Below, one piece after another: positions 27,773 through 38,620 of a DNA stretch of 64,000 bases. How positions within the stretch are numbered: position 1 is the stretch's first letter; every line of letters starts with the position of its first letter. The translations under genes and the position numbers were made by a program. The notes beneath the pieces were generated by a model, which worked only from the letters and a program-made list of their open reading frames with translations, was not told the origin of the DNA and did no database searches. The DNA is taken from assembly GCA_963759665.1 (NCBI GenBank), contig CAVXAC010000002.1, forward strand, positions 482,995 through 546,994. The letters are read 5' to 3'. This stretch comes from Pyrinomonadaceae bacterium (GTDB lineage Bacteria; Acidobacteriota; Blastocatellia; Pyrinomonadales; Pyrinomonadaceae).

Positions 27773-29551
27773 ATGTGTGGCATTAGCGGTTGGTTCTTAA
27801 AGCGGGGCGAAGCGTTTGACGAGGCGCATGCGGTGGCGATGGCAGATGCCATCTCTCATCGCGGGCCGGATGATCGAGGATATTACTTCGACGCCGAGCG
27901 TGGCGTGTCGCTGGCCCACAATCGTCTGAGCATCATCGATCTCAGCGCAGCGGGTCACGAGCCCATGATCAGCGAAGACAAAGCCCACGCGCTGATCTAT
28001 AACGGCGAGCTCTACAACTTCGTCGAGCTAAAAGAGGAACTGAAGGAGCTCGGGCACACCTTCCGATCGCGAACAGACGCGGAAGTAGTCCTGAAGAGTT
28101 TTATCGAATGGGGGCCGGCATGTTTGGATCGCTTCTCAGGAATGTTTGCCTTCGCAATTTGGTCGGCTGCGTCGGGCAAGCTTTTCCTGGCACGTGATCC
28201 GATGGGAATGAAGCCGCTTTATTACACCTCGCTTCCGGGTGATAAAGGCTTCGCGTTCGCCTCCGAGATCAAAGCCTTCCTGGCCCTGCCAAACTTTGGT
28301 GTCAAAGCAAACCGGATTGCGCTGGCCCAGTTTCTGGAGTTTGGCTATACGTTTGACGAACACGCTACTTCGCTCGACGGCGTGTCTAAACTGCCACCGG
28401 GGCACTCGCTCGAAGTGGTCAATGGAATCCCCGGCACACCTCAGCCATTCTTTATCGCACCGGTTCCGGATGCGCGCGATCATCGCACTGTGCAGCAGCG
28501 GGAAGAAGAGTTGTACCAAACACTCTCCACCGTGGTCGCTCAGCATCTGGTTGCAGACGTTCCGGTTGGACTGCTTCTCTCCGGTGGTTTGGATTCGAGC
28601 ATCACTGCTGCTCTGGCGGCCCGCCACGCGAAGATTACAACGATCAGTATGGGGTTTGCGGAATCAACTGTGGACGAACGGCACTACGCACGGATCGTGG
28701 CCGATCACATCGGATCAGATCACCGTGAAGTAACGATTCACCCGCATGAAGTCAGCGACGACCTGGAAGCCGTCACCTGGTATTTCGACGACTTGTTTGC
28801 CGACTGGGGAACGGTCTCGACAAGGTTGCTCTACAAGAAGTGTCGCGAGCAGGGGATTAAGGTTGTGCTCGTTGGGGAAGGGGCAGACGAGCTATTTGGC
28901 GGTTACTCAATTTTCGATGCAGCGGTGCAGAACAGTTCCTGGCCCACGTCATGGCGGCTCTTCCAACTTTATCGTCGCTATGCCGGGCGTCGTTACGGAA
29001 ATCAGTTTCCAAGATTTCGATCGGTCATGAGAGGTTATTTACAGCAGACTGGCGATGACATGTTTGGTGCGGTCAAGTTGTTTGAATCACGCAATCAGTT
29101 GCCGAACAACTACGTGATGAAGGTAGACAAGGCGAGCATGTCAGTCAGCGTCGAAGCGCGAGCGCCGTTTCTCGATCGCCGGATTGCTGAAATCGCCTAT
29201 CGCACGCCGTCGAAATATTTGCGGGTTGGTGATTCAAATAAGGAACTCCTTCGTTCGACGGCCGAGCGCTTTGACTTGCTGCCGAGAGAGATCACGCGAC
29301 GACCCAAGTTTGGCGCGTCGATCGCGGCGTCATGGATGGACGAGTCGGAGACGTTTCGTGAGTACGCCCGCAGCGTGATTCTCGATGGGAATGGTTGGAT
29401 TGACGAGCTCGGGCTGCGGCCGGCGATGACTGACTACTTTTCCGGTAAGCGCCAGGGCTATACCTTCCCTCGCGCGATCAGCATCTTCAGCAACTTGGCG
29501 TGGCGGTTGTTGTTGTTGAATTTGTGGTCAAGACGATATGCGGCGCCGTAG
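27773..29551 (+). CDS. asparagine synthase (glutamine-hydrolysing) family amidotransferase
   Basis: 592 aa with the N-terminal MCGI nucleophile, HRGPDD, RLSIIDLS, LARDPMGMKPLYY and the PP-loop LLSGGLDSS. Confidence 0.9.
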   Translation: MCGISGWFLKRGEAFDEAHAVAMADAISHRGPDDRGYYFDAERGVSLAHNRLSIIDLSAAGHEPMISEDKAHALIYNGELYNFVELKEELKELGHTFRSRTDAEVVLKSFIEWGPACLDRFSGMFAFAIWSAASGKLFLARDPMGMKPLYYTSLPGDKGFAFASEIKAFLALPNFGVKANRIALAQFLEFGYTFDEHATSLDGVSKLPPGHSLEVVNGIPGTPQPFFIAPVPDARDHRTVQQREEELYQTLSTVVAQHLVADVPVGLLLSGGLDSSITAALAARHAKITTISMGFAESTVDERHYARIVADHIGSDHREVTIHPHEVSDDLEAVTWYFDDLFADWGTVSTRLLYKKCREQGIKVVLVGEGADELFGGYSIFDAAVQNSSWPTSWRLFQLYRRYAGRRYGNQFPRFRSVMRGYLQQTGDDMFGAVKLFESRNQLPNNYVMKVDKASMSVSVEARAPFLDRRIAEIAYRTPSKYLRVGDSNKELLRSTAERFDLLPREITRRPKFGASIAASWMDESETFREYARSVILDGNGWIDELGLRPAMTDYFSGKRQGYTFPRAISIFSNLAWRLLLLNLWSRRYAAP

Positions 29552-29570
29552 GATCAATACAGAACGGATT

Positions 29571-30452
29571 ATGAAAGAGTGGTACATAGGACGCCTGGCA
29601 TGTCCCGATTGCTCAAAAGAGCTCCAGCAGCTGCAGGATGCGATTGCTTGCGAGCAATGCGGATTTTCGACGCCAATTGCGAAATGCCTTGACCTGCGTC
29701 CTAGAAAATGTCAGAATCGATCACAGAATATCCCAAGTACTTTTAGCGGAGAGGAAGCATTCGTCAAGACCAGAAAGGAGAGCCCGTCAATCAGCTATGA
29801 TGGGCCTAATGAGGGCCGCGACTCCAGAGAGCTTTTGTCAGTCATAGAGCAATTGCTAACGACTCCCGGGTGCGTGCTCGATCTGGTTGCGGCCCAAAGG
29901 ACCAGTTCGAACCTATTACATATTTGGGCCACAACTATGTGGGCATCGACCTGTTTAGCCCTGCCGCTGATATCAAGGGCGACGCCCATGTCTTGCCTAT
30001 TCTAACTTCTAACTTCGACTGTGACTTCTCCTTTGCCGTATTAGAGCACCTTCAGACCTCACTGATTGCTTTGAGCGAAATAAGAAGGGTGCTGAGACCC
30101 AATGGAATCTTCGTTGGTACCGTTGCGCAGGGAGAACCATTTCATAGCTCATTCTTCCATCACACGAGTTTGGGGAGTTTTGAGCCTTGCTAGCGCAGCG
30201 GCATTGGAGGTCGTCCAGCTATGGACGTGTACCGATACCCTCTCGTCGTTGGCTTACATGGGTCGTTATCCCAGGGTGCTAAGAGCCGGTCTAAGTATGT
30301 TGGATCTGATTCATACAACTTTTCCTTTGTTGGCGCCCCGAAAAGCAAGGTGGTCCGCAGAGGATAAAGCAATTGATGCGTTGCATCGTGCCGGAAGCAT
30401 TGGCTTCGTCATGCGCAGAGCGACGGTGGACGGTGGTTCCGAGCAAAATTAA
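29571..30452 (+). pseudogene. class I SAM-dependent methyltransferase with N-terminal zinc-ribbon, two frameshifts
   Basis: CPDCSKEL..CEQCGF, then VLDLGCGPKDQ (frame change ~29885), VLEHLQ..RRVLRPNGIFVG, and a second change at ~30180. Confidence 0.7.
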
Positions 30453-30520
30453 GTCGGCCATACCCGTCGAAGAAGCTCAAACCTGATTACGCTACTACAA
30501 CTGAGAAAGGCCAATTGTTA

Positions 30521-31484
30521 GTGGGTTTCGTCTCCACCATCATTCCGGTTCACAACCGTGCCTCGATGCTCAGGAGGCAGTGGCGAGCGTTCTGGCCCAG
30601 ACCTACCGGCCGATTGAGATCATCATCGTGGACGACGGCTCGACCGATGAAACTGTCCCAGTCGCCGATGAGTTAAGTTAAAGAGCATCCCGACGTAATC
30701 AGAGGTCATACAGCCAACGCAACACTGGGCCAGGATTGGCCCGTGAAGCCGGTCGTAGCCCGCAGATGGAGAATTCATCCAGTATCTGGATAGCGATGAT
30801 CTCTTGCTGTCGCGAAAGTTTGAGTTACAAGTCACAGGTCTCAAAGCTCAACCCGAATGCGGAGTCTCTTACGGCAAAACTCAATATCGTCACAGCGACG
30901 GCAGATTGGAAGACACGCCCTGGAAAGGGTCGGGCCAGAAGGTTGAAACGATGTTTCCGTCTTTCCTGCTCGATCGTTGGTGGGACACACCGACGCCGCT
31001 CTATCGAGCAAGCGTCTGGAACGAAGCTGGGCCATGGTCTGATTTGAAGCTCGAAGAGGACTGGGAATACGACTGCCGCGTCGCCTCGATGGGAGTGCGG
31101 TTGCACTACTGCGACGAGTACGTCGCTGAGGTTCGCGACCACGATCAGCAACGACTTTGCAAAGGCGAAGCAATTGACCCGCTCCGTCTCAAGGAGCGCG
31201 CAAGAGCGCATGCGCTAATCCTCTCTCATGCAGAGCGCGCCGGCATCGTCGACACGGAACCAGAAATGGAACATTTTGCCCGCGAACTGTTCCTGCTTTC
31301 GAGGCAGTGCGGCGCCGCCGGCCTCGTTGCTGAATCAAAGACTTTATTTGCTCTTGCCAAGAAAGCTTCGGGGCAGGTCCGGGCGCAGAAGTGGGATTTC
31401 AAGCTTTATGAAAAGCTTGCCGACATCACCGGCTGGCATTTCCTGGGGAAGGCTACCTGCTACTCCGACGCGTTAAGAAAATGA
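30521..31484 (+). pseudogene. family-2 glycosyltransferase, about four frameshifts in the 5' third
   Basis: VSTIIPVHNRASML | EAVASVLAQTYRPIEIIIVDDGSTDETVPVADEL | VKEHPDVIR | GPGLAREAGRS | GEFIQYLDSDDLLL... lie in alternating frames (about 30572, 30676, 30715, 30760). Confidence 0.75.
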
Positions 31485-32411
31485 GTGAAGGCCCAGACAT
31501 CTCTGTCGTGATGAGCGTCTACAACGGCGCCACTCGATTGCGCGAGACGGTCGACAGTGTTCTGTCACAGCAAGGGGTTTCGCTTGAGTTCATTATTGTC
31601 GATGACGGGTCCACGGATCAGTCGTCGGAAATTCTAAAGGAGTACGTAGAGGCTGATGCTCGCGTCAATCTCATACGTCAGGAAAATCGTGGACTCACCC
31701 GAGCGCTCATAACCGGATGTGCGCAAGCTAAGGGCAGGTACATCGCGCGCCAGGATGCCGGTGACGTTTCGTTACCGGGGCGATTGAAAAAACAACAGGA
31801 CGTTTTGGAATCAGATCCGAGCGGCTCATTTGTATCGTGCGGAACAGAGTTCGTCGGGCCTGAGCGTGAGCGCTTGTACGAAGAAATTCCGGAGTCGATC
31901 GATCTTACCGAAGCATTGCTCACCCTTGATGTTGATAAGATCAAAGGCCCAACCATGCATGGGTGCACGATGTTCCCGCGCAGAGACCTACGAACTGGTT
32001 GGAGGTTACCGATCCTCTTTTTACTTTGCACAGGATCTTGACCTTTGGGTCCGTCTAGCTGAGCGTGGCAAACATCTCGCTGTCAGGGAGATTCTTTATG
32101 AGGCCTCGCTCACGCTGGGATCGATTAGTAGCCGTTACCGGAAGCATCAGGTTGAAACAGCTCGCCTTATCCTTGAGAGCGCGGGCCTGAGGCGCGCAGG
32201 AAAAGATGATGCTGAAGTATTAGCAAGCGCGAGCAGAATCAAACCAGACATGAATGAGAAGTTTGGTCGGGCGGGGCGGGCCGACGCGCTGTATTTCATC
32301 GGGGCCTGTCTGCGCCAGAGTCGCAATCCTCATGCTCCTGATTATTTCCGCCGTGCACTCCTTACCTATCCACTCCATGTGAGGTCCGCGGTGCGACTGC
32401 TGTTTGGATGA
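31481..32411 (+). pseudogene. family-2 glycosyltransferase, one frameshift
   Basis: ISVVMSVYNGATRLRETVDSVLSQ..IIVDDGSTDQS..ARQDAGD, then the frame changes at ~31980 to ETYELVGGYRSSFYFAQDLDLWVRL. Confidence 0.8.
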
Positions 32412-32420
32412 GTCTGTTTG

Positions 32421-33215
32421 ATGAAGCCTCCGGTTTTTAACCCTGACTGGCCAGAAGATGTCAGAGCTGTTTACCAGCATGACATGCAGGAAATCTGGGA
32501 TCCAACGATTGCCAGGCACGTTTGGAATCAGTATCACAACCAACTCGATCTTTACCTCGGATTGGTTGAAGGCCGCGAAAAGCTGGATATTTTGGATGTT
32601 GGCTGTGCGCAGGGAACTCTGGCCCTCATGCTGGCCGAGCGCGGCCATGAAGTCTGGGCCATGGATATTCGGCAGCAGTTTCTCGACTACGCTGCTGCTC
32701 GACATGAGCGAGGTCTCGTTCATTTTATCTGCGGCAATGCCATGGAAGTGGAGTTGGACCAGAGGTTTGATCTGATCTTTGCAAATCAGATAGTGGAGCA
32801 TCTCGTTTACCCACTCGAATTCACCCAGCGTCTCGCGAGTTGGCTTAAACCAGATGGCCGGCTGGTGATGACTACACCGAATGGGGAGTACATCAAGAAT
32901 TCGTTACCCAGCTATTCGGAATTAGGCGACGTGAAGCAGTACGCCGAGCGTCAATTCACAGCCGACGGCGATGGACATTTCTTTGCCTATTATGGAGCCG
33001 AACTAAAACGGATTTTTGAGCAGGCGGGTCTGAGGAATGTCAGTACGTTGTGCTTTGAAACACCGTTCATTTCTGGTCATCTTAAGGTCAGATATGTTCA
33101 CTCCATCCTTCCGCAACCAATTCTGAAACAACTCGACAAGGTAACGTTGCTCGTTCCCAGGGTTGGTTGGCGGCTCGCTCATCAGATGATGGTCATGGGG
33201 GCGCGTACTTCGTGA
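32421..33215 (+). CDS. class I SAM-dependent methyltransferase
   Basis: Motif I ILDVGCAQGTLALMLAERG, post-I AMDI, LIFANQIVEHL and LKPDGRLVMTTPN. Intact frame. Confidence 0.85.
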   Translation: MKPPVFNPDWPEDVRAVYQHDMQEIWDPTIARHVWNQYHNQLDLYLGLVEGREKLDILDVGCAQGTLALMLAERGHEVWAMDIRQQFLDYAAARHERGLVHFICGNAMEVELDQRFDLIFANQIVEHLVYPLEFTQRLASWLKPDGRLVMTTPNGEYIKNSLPSYSELGDVKQYAERQFTADGDGHFFAYYGAELKRIFEQAGLRNVSTLCFETPFISGHLKVRYVHSILPQPILKQLDKVTLLVPRVGWRLAHQMMVMGARTS

Positions 33216-33784
33216 CGGCATTTCATCGTCAGCTGGAAGAGATTCTCGATCGAGCGAAGCTGGCAGTGGCTCGCTGCCGTGCGAGACTCTTGTCATTTCG
33301 TGGGGCCACGATCCAATCGAAGGTTTCGATTGGCGCGTTGTGCCGGACGGACCGGCCCTGGTGCGTAACCATTGGTCAGCGGTCCGTCTTTGAAGATGCA
33401 GTTTATTTGAAAGTGGTGAACGACCACGCGGTACTTGAGTTCGGCGAATATGTGTTTGTCGGACGCGGATCGGAATTCGATGTGCAAGAGAGAATTCTAA
33501 TCGGCAATCATACTTTGATAGCACCGGGCTGCTTCATAACAGATCACAGCCACAGCATTTCACCTGCGGTTCACGTCGATCAGCAGCCTACTATTTCCAA
33601 GCCGGTAGTAATTGGAAATGATGTCTGGGTCGGTGCGAACGTCACGGTTCTCGCTGGAGTGAGAATCGGCGATGGTGCAATAGTTGGCGCCAATTCGGTG
33701 GTCACGAGAGATGTTGCTTCCATGACCATAGTTGGCGGTACTCCGGCAAGACTTTTGAACCAACGAGCCACAGTAAGGGCTTAG
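33212..33784 (+). CDS. hexapeptide-repeat (LbH) acetyltransferase
   Basis: IGNHTLIAPGCFI, IGNDVWVGANVTVLAGVRIGDGAIVGANSVV. The GTG start overlaps the upstream stop (GTGA). Confidence 0.8.
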   Translation: MTAFHRQLEEILDRAKLAVARCRARLLSFRGATIQSKVSIGALCRTDRPWCVTIGQRSVFEDAVYLKVVNDHAVLEFGEYVFVGRGSEFDVQERILIGNHTLIAPGCFITDHSHSISPAVHVDQQPTISKPVVIGNDVWVGANVTVLAGVRIGDGAIVGANSVVTRDVASMTIVGGTPARLLNQRATVRA

Positions 33785-33793
33785 CAGAGTATC

Positions 33794-34712
33794 ATGCACC
33801 CGTCTCAGGCAGCCTTTCTGCAAATCGGCAAAATGATAAGAACATTGCCGAAAGTCCGGGGCAAAGTTAGGCTCGGACAGTTGTGTTTCAATTTGGCTAA
33901 TAGAAAACCGAGCGAACCATTCGTCGTCGAAGCGCCGCTCTTTCCGGAAGGGTTGAGATTTCAGCTGAATCTAGATTGTGCGCATGAGCGGATGGCCTAT
34001 TTGATGGGTCAATACGAAGAAGAAACCATCTCTCTCCTTGCAAGTTTGTGGTCGGGTGGGGCGTTTCTGGATGTGGGAGCGAACGTCGGACTAATTTCCG
34101 TTCCTTTCACCAGTAGAATCGCGAAAGCTACGAAAACGACCAATAAGTTTGTTTATGCAATTGAGGCGCTTTCAACCAACTACAGAGCACTCTGCACTAA
34201 CATAGAACTAAATAATTTGGATCACCTGATTGTGCCAATAAACATGGGCCTCGGAGCGGAAGACAAGGAAGTACAGATTCACGTGGAAGGTGACAACTTC
34301 CAAAGAACTGGAACGGCAAATATATTGCCTGATACTTTTGCCGGTGTGAGAACCGCGATTGATATTCGTTCTATTGACACCCTCATAAGAAAGGGCCTTC
34401 TACCCGAGGACATCACTCTAATGAAGATCGATACGGACGGATAACGACTATGAAGTGCTTAAGGGGACGCGGGGGTTACTCCGGAAGAATCGACCAATTG
34501 TTTACGCCGAGTTGGCCGAGCATTGCCTGAACTGGCATGGGAATGGAGTCACTGAAGTGTCCGAATTTCTTGAAGGGCTTGATTATGAACTCTGGTCGTT
34601 ACAGGATTCAAAATCAATGAGATTTACAAAAGGCTTGGTTCCCGACTACGTAATGAATAGTCTTTTGGTACCGAAAGAGCAAGCCAGTCAGTTAGGTTCC
34701 CTCTTGCTCTAA
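33794..34712 (+). pseudogene. FkbM-family methyltransferase, one frameshift
   Basis: FLDVGANVGLISVPF and LMKIDTDG-stop at 34442. The conserved continuation (N)DYEVLKGTRGLL is in the next frame. Confidence 0.8.
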
Positions 34713-34718
34713 TTTCTT

Positions 34719-35612
34719 ATGGTAAGCCTCTCAATTATCATTCCGACCTATAGACGTGAAGAGGTGCTGATCGAAACCCTGAGACACATCCAGACCCTGA
34801 ATCCTGGTCCAACGGAGATTCTGGTATTGATCAGTCACCGAGTCACGAAGAGAGACGATCAAACAGCTTCGGAATTCGAAAAAGAAGGTGTAATCCGATT
34901 AGTTAAATTAGCGAAGCCATCGATCACGCGTGCCATGAATCTCGGCTTACAGCTAGCTTGTGGCGAGATAGTCCTATTTCTGGATGATGACATTATTCCT
35001 GGCCCCGAGTTGATTGCCGCGCATATTCAGGCCCATGAGCAGGATGAGTTTGTCGTCGCAGGTCAGGTCATTCAGCAGGCAGGAGGAGGGGCTAAGTCTG
35101 CACCTCACGCGAACTTCCATTTTGCTTCAAACACCAAGCAGTACATCACAGAGCTCATGGGTGGAAACTTTTCAATCAGGCGTTCGCTGGCTCTTGGGCT
35201 TGGCGGGTTCGATGAAAATTTTGTTCAAGTCGCGTACAGGTTCGAAGCTGAGTTTGCCGAGCGTGCCGTCCAGGCTGGCAAACAGATTCTTTTTGAGCCA
35301 CGCGCGAGCATTAAGCACCTGAAGGCAGCAAGCGGCGGCACGCGCTCGTTTGGACACCATCTGACAACCCTTCGTCCAGGTCATGCAGTCGGCGCCTACT
35401 ATTATCTGCTTCGCTCCAAAGCTGTTCCTCACCGGTTCTTGAGTTTGATTAAGCGGCCAATTCGAGCGATACGAACTAAGCATCATCTGAAACAGCCCTG
35501 GTGGATACCGGCAACCTTAGCGGCCGAGGCGATGGGGTTTGTGTGGGCCGTGTCTCTCTATTTGCGTGGGCCAAGACGGCTACAACCCACTGTGGAACAC
35601 ATGGAATCATGA
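34719..35612 (+). CDS. family-2 glycosyltransferase
   Basis: LSIIIPTYRREEVL, VLFLDDDIIP, GGNFSIRRSLALGLGGFDENF. Single open frame of 297 aa. Confidence 0.8.
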   Translation: MVSLSIIIPTYRREEVLIETLRHIQTLNPGPTEILVLISHRVTKRDDQTASEFEKEGVIRLVKLAKPSITRAMNLGLQLACGEIVLFLDDDIIPGPELIAAHIQAHEQDEFVVAGQVIQQAGGGAKSAPHANFHFASNTKQYITELMGGNFSIRRSLALGLGGFDENFVQVAYRFEAEFAERAVQAGKQILFEPRASIKHLKAASGGTRSFGHHLTTLRPGHAVGAYYYLLRSKAVPHRFLSLIKRPIRAIRTKHHLKQPWWIPATLAAEAMGFVWAVSLYLRGPRRLQPTVEHMES

Positions 35613-37059
35613 ACGAATACGTGTTGGCCGTCGTTGTGGGGCTCGGCCTGTTTATCTGCTTCACAAACTGGCGCATGGGCTTCCTCTTGTGTGTAATTGT
35701 AGGCTGCTTGCAGGATCCAATTCGCAAGGTGATTCCCGGAGAGCCCGTTTATCTCACCTCGGCAGTTCTCCTTTTTGTTGCCGCCACTTGTTTTGGTGCT
35801 CTATCCAAGGGCAAACGATTTAGTTTGCGTCCGATTCATCCTGGAATAACAGCCTGAGAGCCCCCTTGACTCTGTTTCTTATCCTGGTCCTGATTCAGAG
35901 TTGGGTAACCTTCGTAAAGTTTGGTAGTCCTATCCTCGCGGCAATCGGTTTCCTGGCTTACATGACTCCCGTGCCGGGGATCTTGCTGGGTTATCACTTT
36001 GCCCTGCGCGAACAAGCGACCCACAAATTCATCAAAGCCTATGTCGCAATAAATGTGGTGATGATAGCCGGTGTCTATCTCTCCTACATGGGATTTGAAT
36101 GGCAGGTGCTCGATTCCGTTGGTGAGGGGTTATTAATTTACTCATGGGAAAAAGGGGCGCTCTTCCTGCGCTCAGGGTTTCTTCCGAGCCCCCGAAGTTG
36201 CTGCCTGGCACGCCGCACGTCGATCTGCTTCCTGATCATTATGTTCATGGTTCTGAAGAAGCATCTGCTTCTGAAATTGGCCACTGGAGGCTTGATTCTC
36301 TTCTTTTGGGGTGCGCTATTGTTTACCGGCCGGCGCAAATTCATGATGGAGATCTTTGTTTTTCTTTGCGTCTACGGCCTCCTCCTTCTTCTGATCCGCA
36401 GCAAAGTCTCAAAAACTTTAAGGACCTCTTTTCTGCTGGCGGTAGTCCTTGGCGTTGCATTCACAGGCTATCTCTACGTTCGTATCGGAAGACTTACAGG
36501 GTGACCTCAATCCGTATTACGAAAGGAGCGCAACCGTTGGTGGCGACGCGGGCGAGCGAGCTTCATTAATGACCGTTCAATCAATTGGTTCGGTGCTTGA
36601 GCAGAACGGGCCGTTGGGTTCGGGCGCGGGCACGGGTAGTCAGGGCGCACAATATTTTGGCGGCGGCTCAGAGCTTGTTGGCTTGGGTGCAGAAGGTGGA
36701 CTGGCAAAGATAGTCGCCGAGCTGGGGCTGCCGGGAATTGCCTTGATCCTGTGGCTGGCTCTTGGTCTCGGTCGATATTTCTGGGCGATCATCAAACAAG
36801 TCAGGCAATCGGATGTGGAACGGGCTAGTCTGACGTTTGGGTTAATTGCAATGCTCGTAGCCAACGCTCCGTGTTTGTCACTGCGCACCAGATTTTTGGC
36901 GATCCCTTTGTTCTATCCTTGCTCGGGTTCCTGATTGGATTTGTGATGGCTGTCCCACACATGCCGCCTGGACTAGCGCCAGCTGCGAGCCTCCTGCTGC
37001 CTTTGCGACCGGGCGGACAACCGTTAGTGGCTTCGCGAAGTTTCAGAGGTAGGGTGTAG
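35609..37059 (+). pseudogene. Wzy-like O-antigen/EPS polymerase (multi-TM), at least three frameshifts
   Basis: Hydrophobic segments continue across ORFs in different frames (35609-35857, 35866-36504, 36449-36934, 36871-37059). The loop GSGAGTGSQGAQYFGG..GAEGGLAKIVAELGLPG is typical of the Wzy/ligase family. Confidence 0.6.
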
Positions 37060-37067
37060 CGTCACGC

Positions 37068-37223
37068 GCGGCTTTGCCGCCTACCGTGCGGAAAGGCCTC
37101 GCCTTTCCGGCGTTCGCATTCTCTTTCATGTGGCTGTTCTCGGAGGGAGGCATAGCCTCCAAATAGTTTAAAACGGTCATCGGTAAGGCAGAGCCTTACC
37201 GCACTGTGCTGCGGTAAAGCCGC
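37068..37223. other. multi-hairpin structured intergenic element
   Basis: Outer stem GCGGCTTTGCCGC..GTGCGG (37068-37091) pairs with CCGCAC..GCGGTAAAGCCGC (37199-37223). It encloses three hairpins: GGAAAGGCctcGCCTTTCC, GGAGGCataGCCTCC and GGTAAGGCagaGCCTTACC. Confidence 0.5.
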
Positions 37224-37346
37224 TAGTTGTTCACGGTACCGACGCCATGCTCCAAGTCCCAGGACGCAAGCTAAAGCTTGAACCTTAAACACCTGCACTC
37301 TCAACGGCAGCACTCGAAACGCCTCTAACTGTACGCCGATCTATCC

Positions 37347-38603
37347 ATGCTCGCGATTCTCAGCACCCATCCGATTCAGTATCAGGTACCCCTCTGGCAG
37401 GCGCTTGCCAGGGATGGCTCAGTACCGTTTGAGGTTTGGTACCTGAGTGACCATGGCACGCAGCCGTCTTACGACAAGCAGTTTGGAAAATCATTCGCCT
37501 GGGACCTGGACGTGCTCTCCGGTTATCCGCATCGCTTTTTGAGAACGAATACTGATAGTGACGTTTCAAGTTTCACTAAGTTGCGTATTGCCGAACCACT
37601 CGCACAGCTATTTCGCGAAAAGGAAGTCTCGGCGCTCTGGGTTCAGGGCTGGCACGTGTGGGCTTTCTGGCAGGCGGTTTGGCAAGCGCATCGGGGCGGC
37701 ATACCAGTTTGGCTGCGCGGCGAGAGCAATGACCTCGGAACGACTTCGAGCTGGAAAATGCCGGTGAAGCAATTGATGCTGGGAGAGTTTTTCAAGCGAG
37801 TGGACAAGTTCCTTTACATCGGAGAAGCCAATCGTCGTTTGTACCTGAAGTACGGCGTGATGCCTGAGCAGTTGCATCCAGCGCCTTACTGCGTTGACAA
37901 CGATCGCTTCGCAGCCCAGGCCGATGCAATTCAGCCTCAACGCGCAGAAATCAGACGCGCCTGGAACATCCCAGACAATGCGTTCTGTGTTTTGTTCGCC
38001 GGAAAATTCATAGACAAGAAGAGGCCGTTGGATCTGGTTCGAGCGGCAGTCGATCCCCAGCTAAAGAATCTGGGCCGTCCGTTGCATCTCTTGTTTGTCG
38101 GCAGTGGTGACTTGGGATCTGGTCTGCGTGATGCTTGTCATGTTGTTTTTGATGCGGAAACCGACGGCTCAAAAGCTGTGGACCACTCAGCAGAACTGCC
38201 AAATGCCAGTTTTGCCGGTTTCTTAAATCAAACCGAGATATCAAAAGCTTACGTGGCGGCCGACTGTCTGGTGCTTCCGAGCGATGCGGGTGAAACCTGG
38301 GGGCTGGTGGTGAACGAGGCGATGGCCAGCGGGCTTCCATGCATTGTGAGTGATGCGTGTGGTTGCGGCGAAGACCTCGTCAGTCCAATCAATCCGGCGT
38401 TTCGCTTTCCTCTCGGCGACACATCTGCGTTGGCCGGGGCGATTGTTGAGATGATGGGCCAACCTCCATCAGTTGAGGTGGTGCGAGCACAAGTCAACAA
38501 ATTCAACCTCGGAGTTACGGTTAAGACGATAAGCAAATTGTTTTATAGCCCCGACCAGCGAATCGTGGACTCATCAGTTCCCGCAGTTCTGACTCGGCCC
38601 TAA
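37347..38603 (+). CDS. GT4-type glycosyltransferase
   Basis: 418 aa. The C-terminal domain has LVLPSDAGETWGLVVNEAMASGLPCIVSD (EX7E motif region). Confidence 0.85.
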   Translation: MLAILSTHPIQYQVPLWQALARDGSVPFEVWYLSDHGTQPSYDKQFGKSFAWDLDVLSGYPHRFLRTNTDSDVSSFTKLRIAEPLAQLFREKEVSALWVQGWHVWAFWQAVWQAHRGGIPVWLRGESNDLGTTSSWKMPVKQLMLGEFFKRVDKFLYIGEANRRLYLKYGVMPEQLHPAPYCVDNDRFAAQADAIQPQRAEIRRAWNIPDNAFCVLFAGKFIDKKRPLDLVRAAVDPQLKNLGRPLHLLFVGSGDLGSGLRDACHVVFDAETDGSKAVDHSAELPNASFAGFLNQTEISKAYVAADCLVLPSDAGETWGLVVNEAMASGLPCIVSDACGCGEDLVSPINPAFRFPLGDTSALAGAIVEMMGQPPSVEVVRAQVNKFNLGVTVKTISKLFYSPDQRIVDSSVPAVLTRP

Positions 38604-38620
38604 AGAGCGGCCGCAATATT

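Noticed and set aside
27773-29551. Lasso-peptide or other RiPP cluster (asparagine-synthase-like cyclase plus HprK-like kinase plus nucleotidyltransferase)
   Set aside because: Both AsnB homologues (27773, 43026) keep the N-terminal Cys glutaminase nucleophile and a full-length AsnB architecture. They are embedded among sugar enzymes and lie 15-30 kb from the kinase. No PqqD-like B1, transglutaminase-like B2 or precursor ORF was found.
34826-34860. Possible compensated double frameshift in the GT2 at 34719
   Set aside because: An alternative frame would read the more family-typical VDQSPSHEE where the called frame reads LISHRVTKRD. However, the ORF is open end to end and the evidence is a handful of residues, which is too weak to call.
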